A DNA stretch of 64,000 bases, taken from IMG/VR virus record IMGVR_UViG_3300045051_000909, positions 130,267 to 194,266 of that record; one strand, given 5' to 3'. The position numbers and the translations under genes are program-made. Positions 38,036 through 47,669 of the stretch are shown here, one piece after another. Numbering within the stretch: the first letter of the stretch is position 1; each line of letters opens with the position of its first letter. The notes under the pieces are model-generated. The model was not told the origin of the DNA, did no database searches, and saw only the letters and a program-made list of their open reading frames with translations. This stretch comes from a virus. Taxonomy: Duplodnaviria > Heunggongvirae > Uroviricota > Caudoviricetes.

Positions 38036-41000
38036 ATGAATCTGACCCCAGTTTTGACCGATGCCCAGACCCGGCGCTCCGAGATTCGCAAGAAGGCGGT
38101 GGAGGGCCTTGTCCAAGCCTTCCCGTTGAAGGTGCGCGAACACACTATCGAGCTGAAGGACGTCAAGGTACACGAGCGGGACTACGGCCCGAATGAGCAG
38201 AAGCAGGCCCTGCTCGAAGGCAGCTCCCTCCATGAGCCAGTGAAGGGCACACTGACGTTGCGGGGACCGGATGGGCATGTCCTGGAGACCGTGAAGAACT
38301 TCACTCTCCTACACCTCCCATACTTCACTGAGCGCCACACGTTCATCGTTGACGGCAATGAGTATCAGGTCGCTAACCAGATTCGCATGAAGCCGGGTGT
38401 CTACACCCGCCGTCGGGCAAATGGAGAACTCGAGGCGGCGTTCAACGTCGTAAAGATCCCCAACTTCAAACTGTCGCTGGAGCCGAAGCGGGGTCACCCA
38501 CTGCTCGAGATCGGCACTACGACAGTGCCGCTCTACCCGCTGCTCCGGAAGCTGGGTGTCCCACATGACGACATCGCGAAGCACTGGGGGTCTGAGGTCG
38601 CGAACACCAACGCAGCCGCATTCAAAGGTCACGAAGACAAGGCCGTAGACAAGTTCTACGGAAAGCTGCTGCACCCCTCTAAGCAGACGGCTACGACCTC
38701 CGAGATGCGGGTTGACGCGATTCAGCGCGAGTTTGATCGCTCGATCATGGACGGCGATGTCAACGAACTTACGCTGGGGGCCCAGCACAACAAGGTTTCG
38801 TCCAAGGCCCTATTGGATGCCTCGAAGAAGCTGCTCGATATCTACAAGTCTGGCGCGGATGTGGACGACCGGGATTCGTTGATCTACAAGACCTTCCACT
38901 CGGTCGATGACTTCATCAAGGAGCGTTTGGGCCTTGATTCGCGCGCAATCGCGGCGAAGGTCAAGGGGCGAGCCGCCTCCAAGACAACGATCCGGGAGCT
39001 GATGCCTGCGGCGCCTTTCTCGAGCGGCTTGCGCGCGTTCCTGACAGGCTCACAGCTGTCCTCCATCCCCACCCAGATCAACCCAATGGAGATGGTAGAC
39101 CACGCTGTGAAGGTTACGAGCTTGGGCGAAGGCGGCATTTCGTCCGAGCGCGCCATTCCGATGGAGGCGCGCCAACTACACCCCACGCACTTCGGCATCC
39201 TGGACCCGGTACGTACCCCCGAGTCCTTCAAGGCAGGCGTGGACATCCGTGCGGCTCTTTTTGCCCATCGCGACGAGAAGGGCAACCTCTACACGCTCGC
39301 TAAGAACGTCAAGACAGGTAAGACCGAGCATCTCTCTGCAAAGCAGGTGTTCGACGCCAAGGTAGCTTTCCCGAATCAGAAGCTGTCGGGCATTGTGGAC
39401 GCTATCTACAAGGGCCAGGTGCAGCACCTCCAGGCGTCCGAGGTACAGTACCAACTCACTAGCCCCTCGCAGATGCTCTCGCCGACGTCGAACCTGATTC
39501 CGATGATTGAGAGCATTCAGGGCAACCGTGCCACGATGGGCAGCAAGATGCAGACGCAGGCCCTTCCGCTTGTGGAGCGCGAGGCTCCGCTGGTTCAGGT
39601 GGGTACAGGTGTCGGGGAGCACTCGAGCTTCGAGAAAGAGTTTGGTAAGTTGGTTGTTCCGACGGCACCCGTCTCTGGCAAGATCGTCAAGATCGACTCG
39701 CAGTACATCTATCTCGACCCCTCGGGCAAGAAGCACGCAGAAGAGGCAAAGCTCGCTGGCGTTGCTAAGCGCCAGAAGACGGTCGAAGGCGTTACTTTCA
39801 AGATCGAGCTCGAGCCCGGGGATGAGCGCACGGGCACAAATCCCGAGACGGGCGAGAAGTGGTCGAAGACGATGTCCGTCTGCTACGGCTACATCCCCAA
39901 GACGACGGGTGATGATGATGAGTGTGTTGACGTCTACCTAAAGGAAGACGGCGTCTTTGAGAAGGTCTTCGTCGTCCACCAGGTGGACAAGGAAGGGAAC
40001 TACGACGAAGACAAGTGCATGATCGGGTTCGCTGACAAGGCTGAGGCCAAGGCGGCATACGAAAAGCACGGCCCCGAATGGGGCTTCGGCAACATGGACG
40101 AGTTTTCCTGGGATGAGTTCAAGGACGACTACCTGGAGGAGCGTAAGAAGGAAGCCGCCGACAAAGATCTGATCAAGATCCCTTATGAGACGAACTTCCC
40201 GTTCGCTTCCAAGACGTACCTGACGCACACGCTTAATGTGAAGGCCGGGGATCACGTCAAGGAAGATCAGCATCTCGCCGAGTCGAACTTCACGCGCGAC
40301 GGCGCGCTTGCCCTCGGCAAGAACATGAAGGTCGCCTATATGGCGTACTACGGACTCAACTCTAACGACGCCGTTGTGATCTCTGAAGGTGCCGCAAAGA
40401 AGTTGACCTCCGAGCACATGTACAAGGAGCTCCTCGAGACAGAGCCCGACATGACCGTTGGTCGTGAAATCCATCGACAGTACTATGGCAGCCACTACTC
40501 GATGGATCAGTACGCGAAGCTAAGCGAGGGGGGTGTGGTCAAGCGGGGTCAGAAGGTCCTGCCCCACGACCCTCTGATCGTGGGCGTGCAGAAGTCCAAG
40601 CCCACCGCCACTGATGTACTACTCGGCAATCTCAAGAAGTCCTTGGCACGGCCTTTCAAGGAGGTTGTGCGTACCTGGGATCATGACTTCGAGGGCGAGG
40701 TGATCGACGTCTTCCAGTCCAACAAGCGCATCGTCGTGACCGTACGTACACGCGAGCCCATGCGTGTCGGCGACAAGCTCGCCGGCCGCTACGGCAACAA
40801 GGGCGTCGTATCCCGCATCGTCCCCAGTGAGCAGATGGTGCAGGATGCTAAGGGTAAGCCTATCGACATCCTCTATACCTCGGCCGGCGTCATCAGCCGT
40901 ATTAATCCGGCACAGATCATCGAAACCGCAGTAGCGAAGGTGGCTGAGAAGACGGGCAAGCCTATCGTTATCCCTAGCTTCTCGGGTCGCAACAATGTCG

Positions 41001-42808
41001 AGTGGGCGAAGGGCTTGCTCAAGGAACACGACATCCAGGACAAGGAAACCGTCTTCGACCCGGTTTCGGGCAAGAAGATCGAAGGTGTCCTGGTCGGCCC
41101 GCAGTACACGTTGCGACTTTTTAAGACCACGGAGTCGAACTTCGCTGCGCGCGGAACCGGTAGTTACGACGTAAACCAGCAGCCGACAAAGGGTGGTGAC
41201 GAAGGGGCGAAGGGCATCGGCGCCATGGAGTTCAACGCCCTGGTGGCGCACAACGCGCGCAACGTGCTCAAGGAAACGGCGACGGTTAAGAGTCAACGCA
41301 ACGACGAGTTTTGGCGAGCCATTCAACTGGGGCTGCCGCTTCCTGCCGCCCGCGCACCCTTCGCTTTTGACAAGTTCGTGGCGATGATGCACGCGGCGGG
41401 CATCCGTGTGGATAAGCGAGGCAACAAGCTGCACCTGCTCCCCCTGACAGACGCCGATGTGAAGCGCCTGTCGTCTGGTGCCATTGAGAACGAGAAACTA
41501 GTGCGCGCCAAGGATCTCGCTCCAGAGCGCGGAGGATTCTTCGATCCCGCACTGACCGGCGGCACTACCGGCACTCGCTGGACCCATGTCGACCTAGCGG
41601 AACCCGTGCTCAACCCTGTCTTTGTCGAGCCTGCTCGGCGCCTGCTTGGTCTGAGCAACAAGGATCTCGACAAGATGCATTTTGAACTGGGTGGCGCCGC
41701 GCTAAAGCGGAAGCTCAACGCTATCGATGTCGAGGAGCGCCTGAAGGAACTGCGTACCCAGATCAAGACCGCCCGTAATTCGGCACTCGATGACCTGGTC
41801 AAGCAGATTAAGTATCTAGAGGGACTCAAGAAGGCCGGTATGCGCGCCGGGGACGCCTACGTATTGTCCAAGCTGCCGGTGATCCCACCCATCACGCGCC
41901 CGGTGCTCCCCGGACGTGGCGGCCAAGAGCTCGTCGTGGGTGATTCGAATTACCTGTATCAGAATGCGTTCATGCACAACACCACGTTGCGTCGCCAGAA
42001 CGCCACGCCGGTGCTACCGCCGGAGGAACACGCACAGCTGCGGGAGAATCTATTCCGGGCCGTTGGCGCTGTCATCGGCACGCATGAGACAGACAACCCA
42101 AAGCTCGAGAAGCGGAACGTGAAGGGCTTCCTGGAGCACCTCACAGGCAAGACTACCCCGAAGAGCTCGTTCTTCCAGAAGAAGATCATGAAGCGCCAGC
42201 AGGATTTGTCTGGTCGCGGTACCATTGCTCCTGACGGGTCCCTGGGCATGGATGAGGTCGGCATCCCGGAAGAGATGCTCTGGAACATGTTCGGCAAGTT
42301 CGTCATCGCACGGCTTGTGCGGCGCGGCTTCGGGGCTGTTCAGGCGAAGGAGATGTACGAGAACAAGCACCCTGCCGCGCGAGACGCCCTGATGGCCGAG
42401 GTGAAGGAGCGCCCGGTCATGGTGAACCGTGCGCCTACGCTTCACCGCTACGGCATCGTCGGCGCGTACGCAGTGCCCGTCGCGGGTAAGACGATCACGG
42501 TCAACCCGTTCATTGAAAAGGGTATGAACGCGGACTACGACGGGGACACTTTCCAAGTCCACACTCCTGTACTACCGCAGGCGGTCGAGGATGTTAAGCG
42601 AATGACGTTGTCGCACTTGATCTTTGGGGACAAGAACCGCAACGCCCTTATGGTCGCGCCGGACCACGAAGCTGTGCTCGGCGTTCACATCGCCACGGCG
42701 AAGAAGTCGGACGGCAAGGTCCACAAGTTCAAGACTAAGGCTGACGCCATGGCTGCCTATAAAAAGGGTGAGCTCAACATCAACGACTTGGTGGAGATCA
42801 GCAAATGA
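38036..42808 (+). CDS. Multi-subunit RNA polymerase: beta fused to N-terminal (catalytic) half of beta', with inserted pyrophosphatase domain
   Basis: Beta motifs HPTHFGILDPVRTPE, NRATMGSKMQTQA, GDKLAGRYGNKGVVS, GAMEFNAL; beta' motifs LPVIPPITRP, DLSGRGTI, NRAPTLHR, NADYDGD. Confidence 0.93.
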   Translation: MNLTPVLTDAQTRRSEIRKKAVEGLVQAFPLKVREHTIELKDVKVHERDYGPNEQKQALLEGSSLHEPVKGTLTLRGPDGHVLETVKNFTLLHLPYFTERHTFIVDGNEYQVANQIRMKPGVYTRRRANGELEAAFNVVKIPNFKLSLEPKRGHPLLEIGTTTVPLYPLLRKLGVPHDDIAKHWGSEVANTNAAAFKGHEDKAVDKFYGKLLHPSKQTATTSEMRVDAIQREFDRSIMDGDVNELTLGAQHNKVSSKALLDASKKLLDIYKSGADVDDRDSLIYKTFHSVDDFIKERLGLDSRAIAAKVKGRAASKTTIRELMPAAPFSSGLRAFLTGSQLSSIPTQINPMEMVDHAVKVTSLGEGGISSERAIPMEARQLHPTHFGILDPVRTPESFKAGVDIRAALFAHRDEKGNLYTLAKNVKTGKTEHLSAKQVFDAKVAFPNQKLSGIVDAIYKGQVQHLQASEVQYQLTSPSQMLSPTSNLIPMIESIQGNRATMGSKMQTQALPLVEREAPLVQVGTGVGEHSSFEKEFGKLVVPTAPVSGKIVKIDSQYIYLDPSGKKHAEEAKLAGVAKRQKTVEGVTFKIELEPGDERTGTNPETGEKWSKTMSVCYGYIPKTTGDDDECVDVYLKEDGVFEKVFVVHQVDKEGNYDEDKCMIGFADKAEAKAAYEKHGPEWGFGNMDEFSWDEFKDDYLEERKKEAADKDLIKIPYETNFPFASKTYLTHTLNVKAGDHVKEDQHLAESNFTRDGALALGKNMKVAYMAYYGLNSNDAVVISEGAAKKLTSEHMYKELLETEPDMTVGREIHRQYYGSHYSMDQYAKLSEGGVVKRGQKVLPHDPLIVGVQKSKPTATDVLLGNLKKSLARPFKEVVRTWDHDFEGEVIDVFQSNKRIVVTVRTREPMRVGDKLAGRYGNKGVVSRIVPSEQMVQDAKGKPIDILYTSAGVISRINPAQIIETAVAKVAEKTGKPIVIPSFSGRNNVEWAKGLLKEHDIQDKETVFDPVSGKKIEGVLVGPQYTLRLFKTTESNFAARGTGSYDVNQQPTKGGDEGAKGIGAMEFNALVAHNARNVLKETATVKSQRNDEFWRAIQLGLPLPAARAPFAFDKFVAMMHAAGIRVDKRGNKLHLLPLTDADVKRLSSGAIENEKLVRAKDLAPERGGFFDPALTGGTTGTRWTHVDLAEPVLNPVFVEPARRLLGLSNKDLDKMHFELGGAALKRKLNAIDVEERLKELRTQIKTARNSALDDLVKQIKYLEGLKKAGMRAGDAYVLSKLPVIPPITRPVLPGRGGQELVVGDSNYLYQNAFMHNTTLRRQNATPVLPPEEHAQLRENLFRAVGAVIGTHETDNPKLEKRNVKGFLEHLTGKTTPKSSFFQKKIMKRQQDLSGRGTIAPDGSLGMDEVGIPEEMLWNMFGKFVIARLVRRGFGAVQAKEMYENKHPAARDALMAEVKERPVMVNRAPTLHRYGIVGAYAVPVAGKTITVNPFIEKGMNADYDGDTFQVHTPVLPQAVEDVKRMTLSHLIFGDKNRNALMVAPDHEAVLGVHIATAKKSDGKVHKFKTKADAMAAYKKGELNINDLVEISK

Positions 42809-42987
42809 ACCGACACTATGAGCAGGGCGCACAAGACGCGTGGGCGAAGTTTGGTTTCGAGACACGCGAAAAGGCAGAAGCCCGAGTTCCTGCCAAGAAG
42901 GCGGTTCCCACCGTGCCCAATGTGGGTTGGAAGGAACAGAAGACCCCGCCGGCTTCGTTGAAGAAGGGGCCGGAGTTGTTCATCTAA
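42805..42987 (+). CDS. Small virion-type protein (YEQG..DA...FG motif)
   Basis: Coupled to the RNAP stop; N-terminal motif shared with other late proteins. Confidence 0.55.
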   Translation: MNRHYEQGAQDAWAKFGFETREKAEARVPAKKAVPTVPNVGWKEQKTPPASLKKGPELFI

Positions 42988-43045
42988 CCGGATTGGGCTA
43001 CGATTTCTCCGCACCGTAGATCGCCCTCAAGGGGAAGGAGAACCC

Positions 43046-43447
43046 ATGAACCCGTATCTCGCGACAATTCTCGATCACCTTCTGACCGTTGTGGTTTCGG
43101 TCGTCGTCCCGATTCTCGCCACCGTTCTGATTCGCTACCTCCAGAAGAAGACGAACGTGCAGCTCGACGCCGCAAAGGAAGCCGAACTCCACAATGTGCT
43201 CATGCACGCCATTGGTTATGCTGAGGAGTGGGCGCGTAAGAAGGTCACGACCACTGGCGAGAAGCCAGCGGGCGCCGTAAAGCTCGAGGAGGCGCTTAAG
43301 TGGGCGGAGGAGGAGGCGGCTCGTCGCGGCTTGGACAAGATGGCCAAGGAGCGGCTTGAGGCTCTGTTGCTCGCCAAGCTTGGTCTGACGCGTGACCAGG
43401 CGGAAGCCCCGACGCCAGCACCCGCACCTGCTCCTGAGGTCAAGTAA
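43046..43447 (+). CDS. Membrane protein, LL-H-family holin-like
   Basis: AAGGAG RBS; single N-terminal TM helix followed by AIGYAEE...G..KLEEA. Confidence 0.5.
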   Translation: MNPYLATILDHLLTVVVSVVVPILATVLIRYLQKKTNVQLDAAKEAELHNVLMHAIGYAEEWARKKVTTTGEKPAGAVKLEEALKWAEEEAARRGLDKMAKERLEALLLAKLGLTRDQAEAPTPAPAPAPEVK

Positions 43448-43450
43448 TCC

Positions 43451-43756
43451 ATGGTGTTCAAGGCGGCCACGTACGACAAGGGTATTGAGGACGCCTTGAG
43501 CGCCTTCGGTGTGCGTGTCGCGTCAGAATTCATGGCGCGGCAGCGCATGCCTGAAGGACCGGAGCATCTCGGTGCGGAGCGGTTGAGCAAGCTGCTTCGC
43601 ACCGAGTCCGAGGCGTATAAGCCTTCGCCAGAAAAGAAGCAGCGGCGCAACCTCGAGAACACCCCACGATGGGGTACTCCGACCAGTCTTGAGGGGGCGA
43701 GCACCAGCAGCCACAACGCCTTCCCGGGCATGATGGGGCTGAACGGTGGAGTCTAA
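43451..43756 (+). CDS. Small virion-type protein
   Basis: YDKGIEDALSAFG motif. Confidence 0.6.
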   Translation: MVFKAATYDKGIEDALSAFGVRVASEFMARQRMPEGPEHLGAERLSKLLRTESEAYKPSPEKKQRRNLENTPRWGTPTSLEGASTSSHNAFPGMMGLNGGV

Positions 43757-45556
43757 ATGGCACAGACGCTCGGTCAACTGCTGGTCAATGACGTTTTGCC
43801 GGCGGAGCATCGTGGCTCTGAGCCGCTGACCAAGTCCGCGCTCGTCAAGAAACTCACAGCTATCGGCAAGGAATCACCCGACAAGTATGTCGAGGTGGTT
43901 AGTAAGCTGAAGCGTGTAGGCGACGAGATCACCACGCTTGAAGGCGTCTCCGTCGGTCTGGACGACGTCGCACCGCATTATAAAAAGCGTGACGAGATCT
44001 TGATGCCCGCAGTTGAGGCATTCAAGAAAGCGCAGACACAATCCGCGCGTGAAAAGATCATTCTCGACACGCAAGACAAGATGTTGTCGCATACGAAGGA
44101 GCACCCAGGCTCCATGGCTCCCATGGCCTTGTCCGGTGCTCGCGGTAACATCCCGCAGCTGATGAAGATCGTCGGCTCACCTGTGGCCGCGGTGGATGCC
44201 AAAGGCGTGCTGACTCCCTGGTTGATTGGTAAGTCGTATTCAGAGGGGCTCGCACCAGCCGATTACTGGGTCGCGGGTAACGAAGCACGCATTAACACGG
44301 TCAAGAGCTCTACCTCAGTTGCAGAGCCTGGTGATCTCGCGAAGATCCTCGTAAACAACATGTACCCGCTCGTCGTCACCACAGACGACTGCGGAACAAA
44401 GAACGGTATTCCAGTTGCTACATCCGAGGGTCATCTCATCGGGCGTTACTTGGCGCGCGATGTGGACAGCTTCAAGCGGAATACTGCGATCACGCCAGAC
44501 ATGGCGACGAAGCTTCGCGACAAGCACACTACAGTGATTGTCAGGTCTCCTCTTACGTGCGAGGCTCACGAAGGTGTTTGTCGCAAGTGCCAAGGCCTCG
44601 ACGAGCGTGACCGCCCACACGCCATCGGCGTCAACGTCGGCGTTCGTGCCGCACAAGCTTTGTCTGAGCCGTTGACACAGTTCTCCTTGAGCGCCAAGCA
44701 CGGCGTTCGTCTCCTCAAGGGTGCATCTAAGATGCCCGAGGGTCTTCAGGGTGTCCGCCAGCTCATTGAGATCCCCGAGAGCTTCGTCCACAAGGCAACG
44801 CTGTCTGAAGTTCCTGGCAAGGTGGAGTCCGTGGTCGCGGCCCCTCACGGCGGTAATTACGTCACTGTCGCCGGTCATGAGCACTACGTCTCACCATTGC
44901 TTGAAGTTCTTGTGAAGCCGGGGCAGGCGGTCGAGGCGGGGGATGTTCTGTCCGAGGGTATCCCTAAGCCGGATGAGGTTGTGCAACACAAGGGTCTAGG
45001 TGCGGGACGTCAGTATCTTGCGGACGCGCTATTCAACGTCTACAAGGCGCAGGCGGGCGAGCTCGATAAGCGTCACTTCGAGTTGCTGGCGAAGGCCGAA
45101 CTCAACCACGTCAAGATTATCGATCACTCTGAGAAGCATCCAGAGCTGTTACGTGGGGAGATTGTGTCTTACCCGGTCTACAAGAACGCGCTTGAAGGGG
45201 ACACCAAGAGCCTTTCTATCGACAAGGCCGAAGGGCATTTACTCGGTAAAGAAACGCTCCATTTTACAGTGGGAACGCCGCTTACGGGGTCCGTGCTCAA
45301 CACGCTCAAGATCAATGGCTACAAGACGGTGGACGTAGCCGAGAACGCACCGCGCGCTGAATTCGTGATGAAGCCTATGGCGCGTAACCCTCTGCTGCAC
45401 CCTGACTGGATGGCGCGTATGTCACACCGCTACCTCAAGGATTACGTCTTGAAGGGCGTACACTTTGGGGATGTCTCGGATATCCACGGTACGCACCCTG
45501 TTCCGGCCTATGCTTACGGTGCGGAGTTTGGATCCGGCCCTGACGGACGGTATTGA
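43757..45556 (+). CDS. RNA polymerase beta' C-terminal subunit (bridge helix, trigger loop)
   Basis: SGARGN, EGL...YW...AR, DDCGT, RSPLTC...VCRKCQG, AAQALSEPLTQFSLSAKH. Confidence 0.9.
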   Translation: MAQTLGQLLVNDVLPAEHRGSEPLTKSALVKKLTAIGKESPDKYVEVVSKLKRVGDEITTLEGVSVGLDDVAPHYKKRDEILMPAVEAFKKAQTQSAREKIILDTQDKMLSHTKEHPGSMAPMALSGARGNIPQLMKIVGSPVAAVDAKGVLTPWLIGKSYSEGLAPADYWVAGNEARINTVKSSTSVAEPGDLAKILVNNMYPLVVTTDDCGTKNGIPVATSEGHLIGRYLARDVDSFKRNTAITPDMATKLRDKHTTVIVRSPLTCEAHEGVCRKCQGLDERDRPHAIGVNVGVRAAQALSEPLTQFSLSAKHGVRLLKGASKMPEGLQGVRQLIEIPESFVHKATLSEVPGKVESVVAAPHGGNYVTVAGHEHYVSPLLEVLVKPGQAVEAGDVLSEGIPKPDEVVQHKGLGAGRQYLADALFNVYKAQAGELDKRHFELLAKAELNHVKIIDHSEKHPELLRGEIVSYPVYKNALEGDTKSLSIDKAEGHLLGKETLHFTVGTPLTGSVLNTLKINGYKTVDVAENAPRAEFVMKPMARNPLLHPDWMARMSHRYLKDYVLKGVHFGDVSDIHGTHPVPAYAYGAEFGSGPDGRY

Positions 45557-46215
45557 TGTTCGACCACTTCCAACAACAAGGACGTGCTGCCGCCTTCTCA
45601 GCCTTCGGGTTGGAGAAGACCGCGATCAACTGGGGTAGCGTCGGGGCAGCCGTAAAACCGCATTTGCAGGAAATTGGTCAGGCCATGAAGCCTGACTGGT
45701 CTACCTTGCCAGGCCGCTTGCGCGAAGCCGTGACCCCCGACTTTAAGTCTTGGCCGGGTCGGATGAAGAATTTCCTGGTAGGCAGCCCGACACAGTACTG
45801 GCATCAGTTGAAGAACAATCAGCTCTTCAACGAAGGCGGCATGTACCGCGACATGTTTAAGATGCCAGATTTCAAGAAGAGCCCTATCGGCGGTACGCTT
45901 AGTACCGCACTCAACTACGGCCTGCCTGCTCTAAGTATTTATCAGGCATCGCAGCTGCCGCCGGAGATGCGCGGTTCCGCTGTTGGCGGTACACTGGGTG
46001 GCATCATCGGCGGGTTCGCGGGTGCACCCCTAGGCGCTATTGGACAGCTCGGTGGGTCGATGTTGGCGGGCGGCTTGGGGCAATCTCTCGGATCTGCGTT
46101 TGATGACAAGTCGCAGCGTAGGTCCTGGTCTCCCTACATGGTCGCCCAGCAACAGGATCAGCCAGCACTGTCGGATCGGATGTCAGCCGTAACAGGAAGA
46201 CCGACGCGGTTGTGA
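45553..46215 (+). CDS. Glycine-zipper virion-type protein
   Basis: GGTLGGIIGGFAGAPLG zipper; N-terminal QQG.AAAFSAFGLEKTA. Confidence 0.6.
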   Translation: MMFDHFQQQGRAAAFSAFGLEKTAINWGSVGAAVKPHLQEIGQAMKPDWSTLPGRLREAVTPDFKSWPGRMKNFLVGSPTQYWHQLKNNQLFNEGGMYRDMFKMPDFKKSPIGGTLSTALNYGLPALSIYQASQLPPEMRGSAVGGTLGGIIGGFAGAPLGAIGQLGGSMLAGGLGQSLGSAFDDKSQRRSWSPYMVAQQQDQPALSDRMSAVTGRPTRL

Positions 46216-46331
46216 TGTTTTGAGTAGTTTGGCCTATATTCGTGTGGTGATGGCACATCCTGCCTTCCCACTTTGCAAAACTGACAGCTCTGGCCTATGC
46301 TGCGGCCAGTTTCGGAATCGAGGAGACTGAA

Positions 46332-47567
46332 ATGGGTCTGTTCAAGCGTGCAGCGGTCCGTGGCGTGGCCCACGAGCTTATTCGTCAGGGCGTGGTTGCG
46401 TTCCCGTCGAAGGAGGCAGCCGACGCTGCCGCTGACGAGGTCGCTGACAAGATGCCCGAGCAGGCAGGCCCCCAGGGTCCGGGCGCCGGTCCTGAGGTGT
46501 CTGGTCCGCAGGGCCACTCTCCTGAGGAGGTCGCGGCGGTTGCTCAGAAGCTGATCGAGATCGCCCAGGCGCTGATGGCACAGGCTGGCGCTGGCGGTCC
46601 GCCCGCTGCGGCAGCGGCCAAGATGGGCGCCGAGACGCTGTACAAGAGCGCCTCCGAAGTTGATGCCGATACCTACGGCGAGGTTGCGTCGAAGGTCGCG
46701 GTCGAGCTGATGGAGAAGGCCTCCGCCGAGGCGAAGCAGGCCGGCGCCCTCATCGAGGGTGGCGACAAGGGCAACAAGCCCGCGCAGGCTGCGAAGACTC
46801 ACGAGATCGCCGCGCTGGACGAGAAGCAGCGTCCGCAGGGCACCTACCAGGTGCCGACTGGTGACAGCTCGTTGAAGACCATGCAGGGCCACATCGGTTC
46901 GCTCGAGAAGCACGACAAGCAGCCGAAGGAGAGCCCGTCCGGCGGCAACTCGCTGACCGAGGACCCGGGCAAGAAGGCGTCCGAGGCTCTCTACAGCGAG
47001 GTTCGCAAGATCGCCGGTGCTCTGATCAAGGGTGGCGACAAGGGCAATACCTTCGACCAGGCCGCGAAGACCACCGAGGTCGGCGCGCTGGACAAGAAGC
47101 AGCGCCCCGAGGAGTACGCCCATGTTGGCCAGGGCAACGCCAACTTCTCCGAGCCGCAGGCCGCTCGTGTTGGTCTTGAGAAGAAGCCGGATGTTACCCC
47201 GAGCCGCACCGTCTCGGGCAGCAACTCGGTGATTGAGGCGTCGAAGGCCGCCAGCTACTCGGCGGAGTTCCTGGCCCTCTTCAACAAGTGCGCGGCCGAG
47301 GTTGTTCCGCAGCTTCCCACGAACCTGAGTGATGAGCAGAAGGTCGCGGCCGTGCGCCACATGATGGGCATGGACGAGGGTGAGCGGGCCGAGTACATCA
47401 CCTCGGTGAAGAAGGCGTCGGAGAACAAGCAGGGCGGCGACGCTGCCGAGGCTATGGCCGCGCTGAAGGGCAACGAGGAGACGAAGGAGCCGAAGAAGGA
47501 AGAGAAGGGCGAGAAGAAGAGCGCTCTCCTCGAGGAGATCAACAAGATCGCCACGGCTCAGAAGTAA
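46332..47567 (+). CDS. Abundant internal head/scaffold-like protein with 91-aa internal duplication
   Basis: AGGAG RBS; strong codon bias; AGALI.GGDKGN...AAKT.E..ALD.KQRP at 46740 and 47013. Confidence 0.6.
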   Translation: MGLFKRAAVRGVAHELIRQGVVAFPSKEAADAAADEVADKMPEQAGPQGPGAGPEVSGPQGHSPEEVAAVAQKLIEIAQALMAQAGAGGPPAAAAAKMGAETLYKSASEVDADTYGEVASKVAVELMEKASAEAKQAGALIEGGDKGNKPAQAAKTHEIAALDEKQRPQGTYQVPTGDSSLKTMQGHIGSLEKHDKQPKESPSGGNSLTEDPGKKASEALYSEVRKIAGALIKGGDKGNTFDQAAKTTEVGALDKKQRPEEYAHVGQGNANFSEPQAARVGLEKKPDVTPSRTVSGSNSVIEASKAASYSAEFLALFNKCAAEVVPQLPTNLSDEQKVAAVRHMMGMDEGERAEYITSVKKASENKQGGDAAEAMAALKGNEETKEPKKEEKGEKKSALLEEINKIATAQK

Positions 47568-47597
47568 CTTCTCGGGCGACAACTTTACAGGCCCAGC

Positions 47598-47633
47598 AAA
47601 GGCCGCTTGGGCACTCGCCCCGGCGGCTTTTCT
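47598..47633 (+). terminator. Putative intrinsic terminator
   Basis: AAAGGCCGC.TGGG...CCCGGCGGCTTTT stem followed by a T tract after the stop at 47567. Confidence 0.5.
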
Positions 47634-47669
47634 GGTTTCTGGGCCTACAATTGGATTGAGGAGTGACCA

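Noticed and set aside
39730-40165. Intein in RNAP
   Set aside because: No C/S start with HN-C/S/T end and no LAGLIDADG motifs; the motifs match a pyrophosphatase instead.
37943-45556. Bacterial rpoBC locus / host chromosome
   Set aside because: No ribosomal protein genes nearby, an atypical split and deletions, and it is flanked by portal-, capsid- and terminase-type genes.
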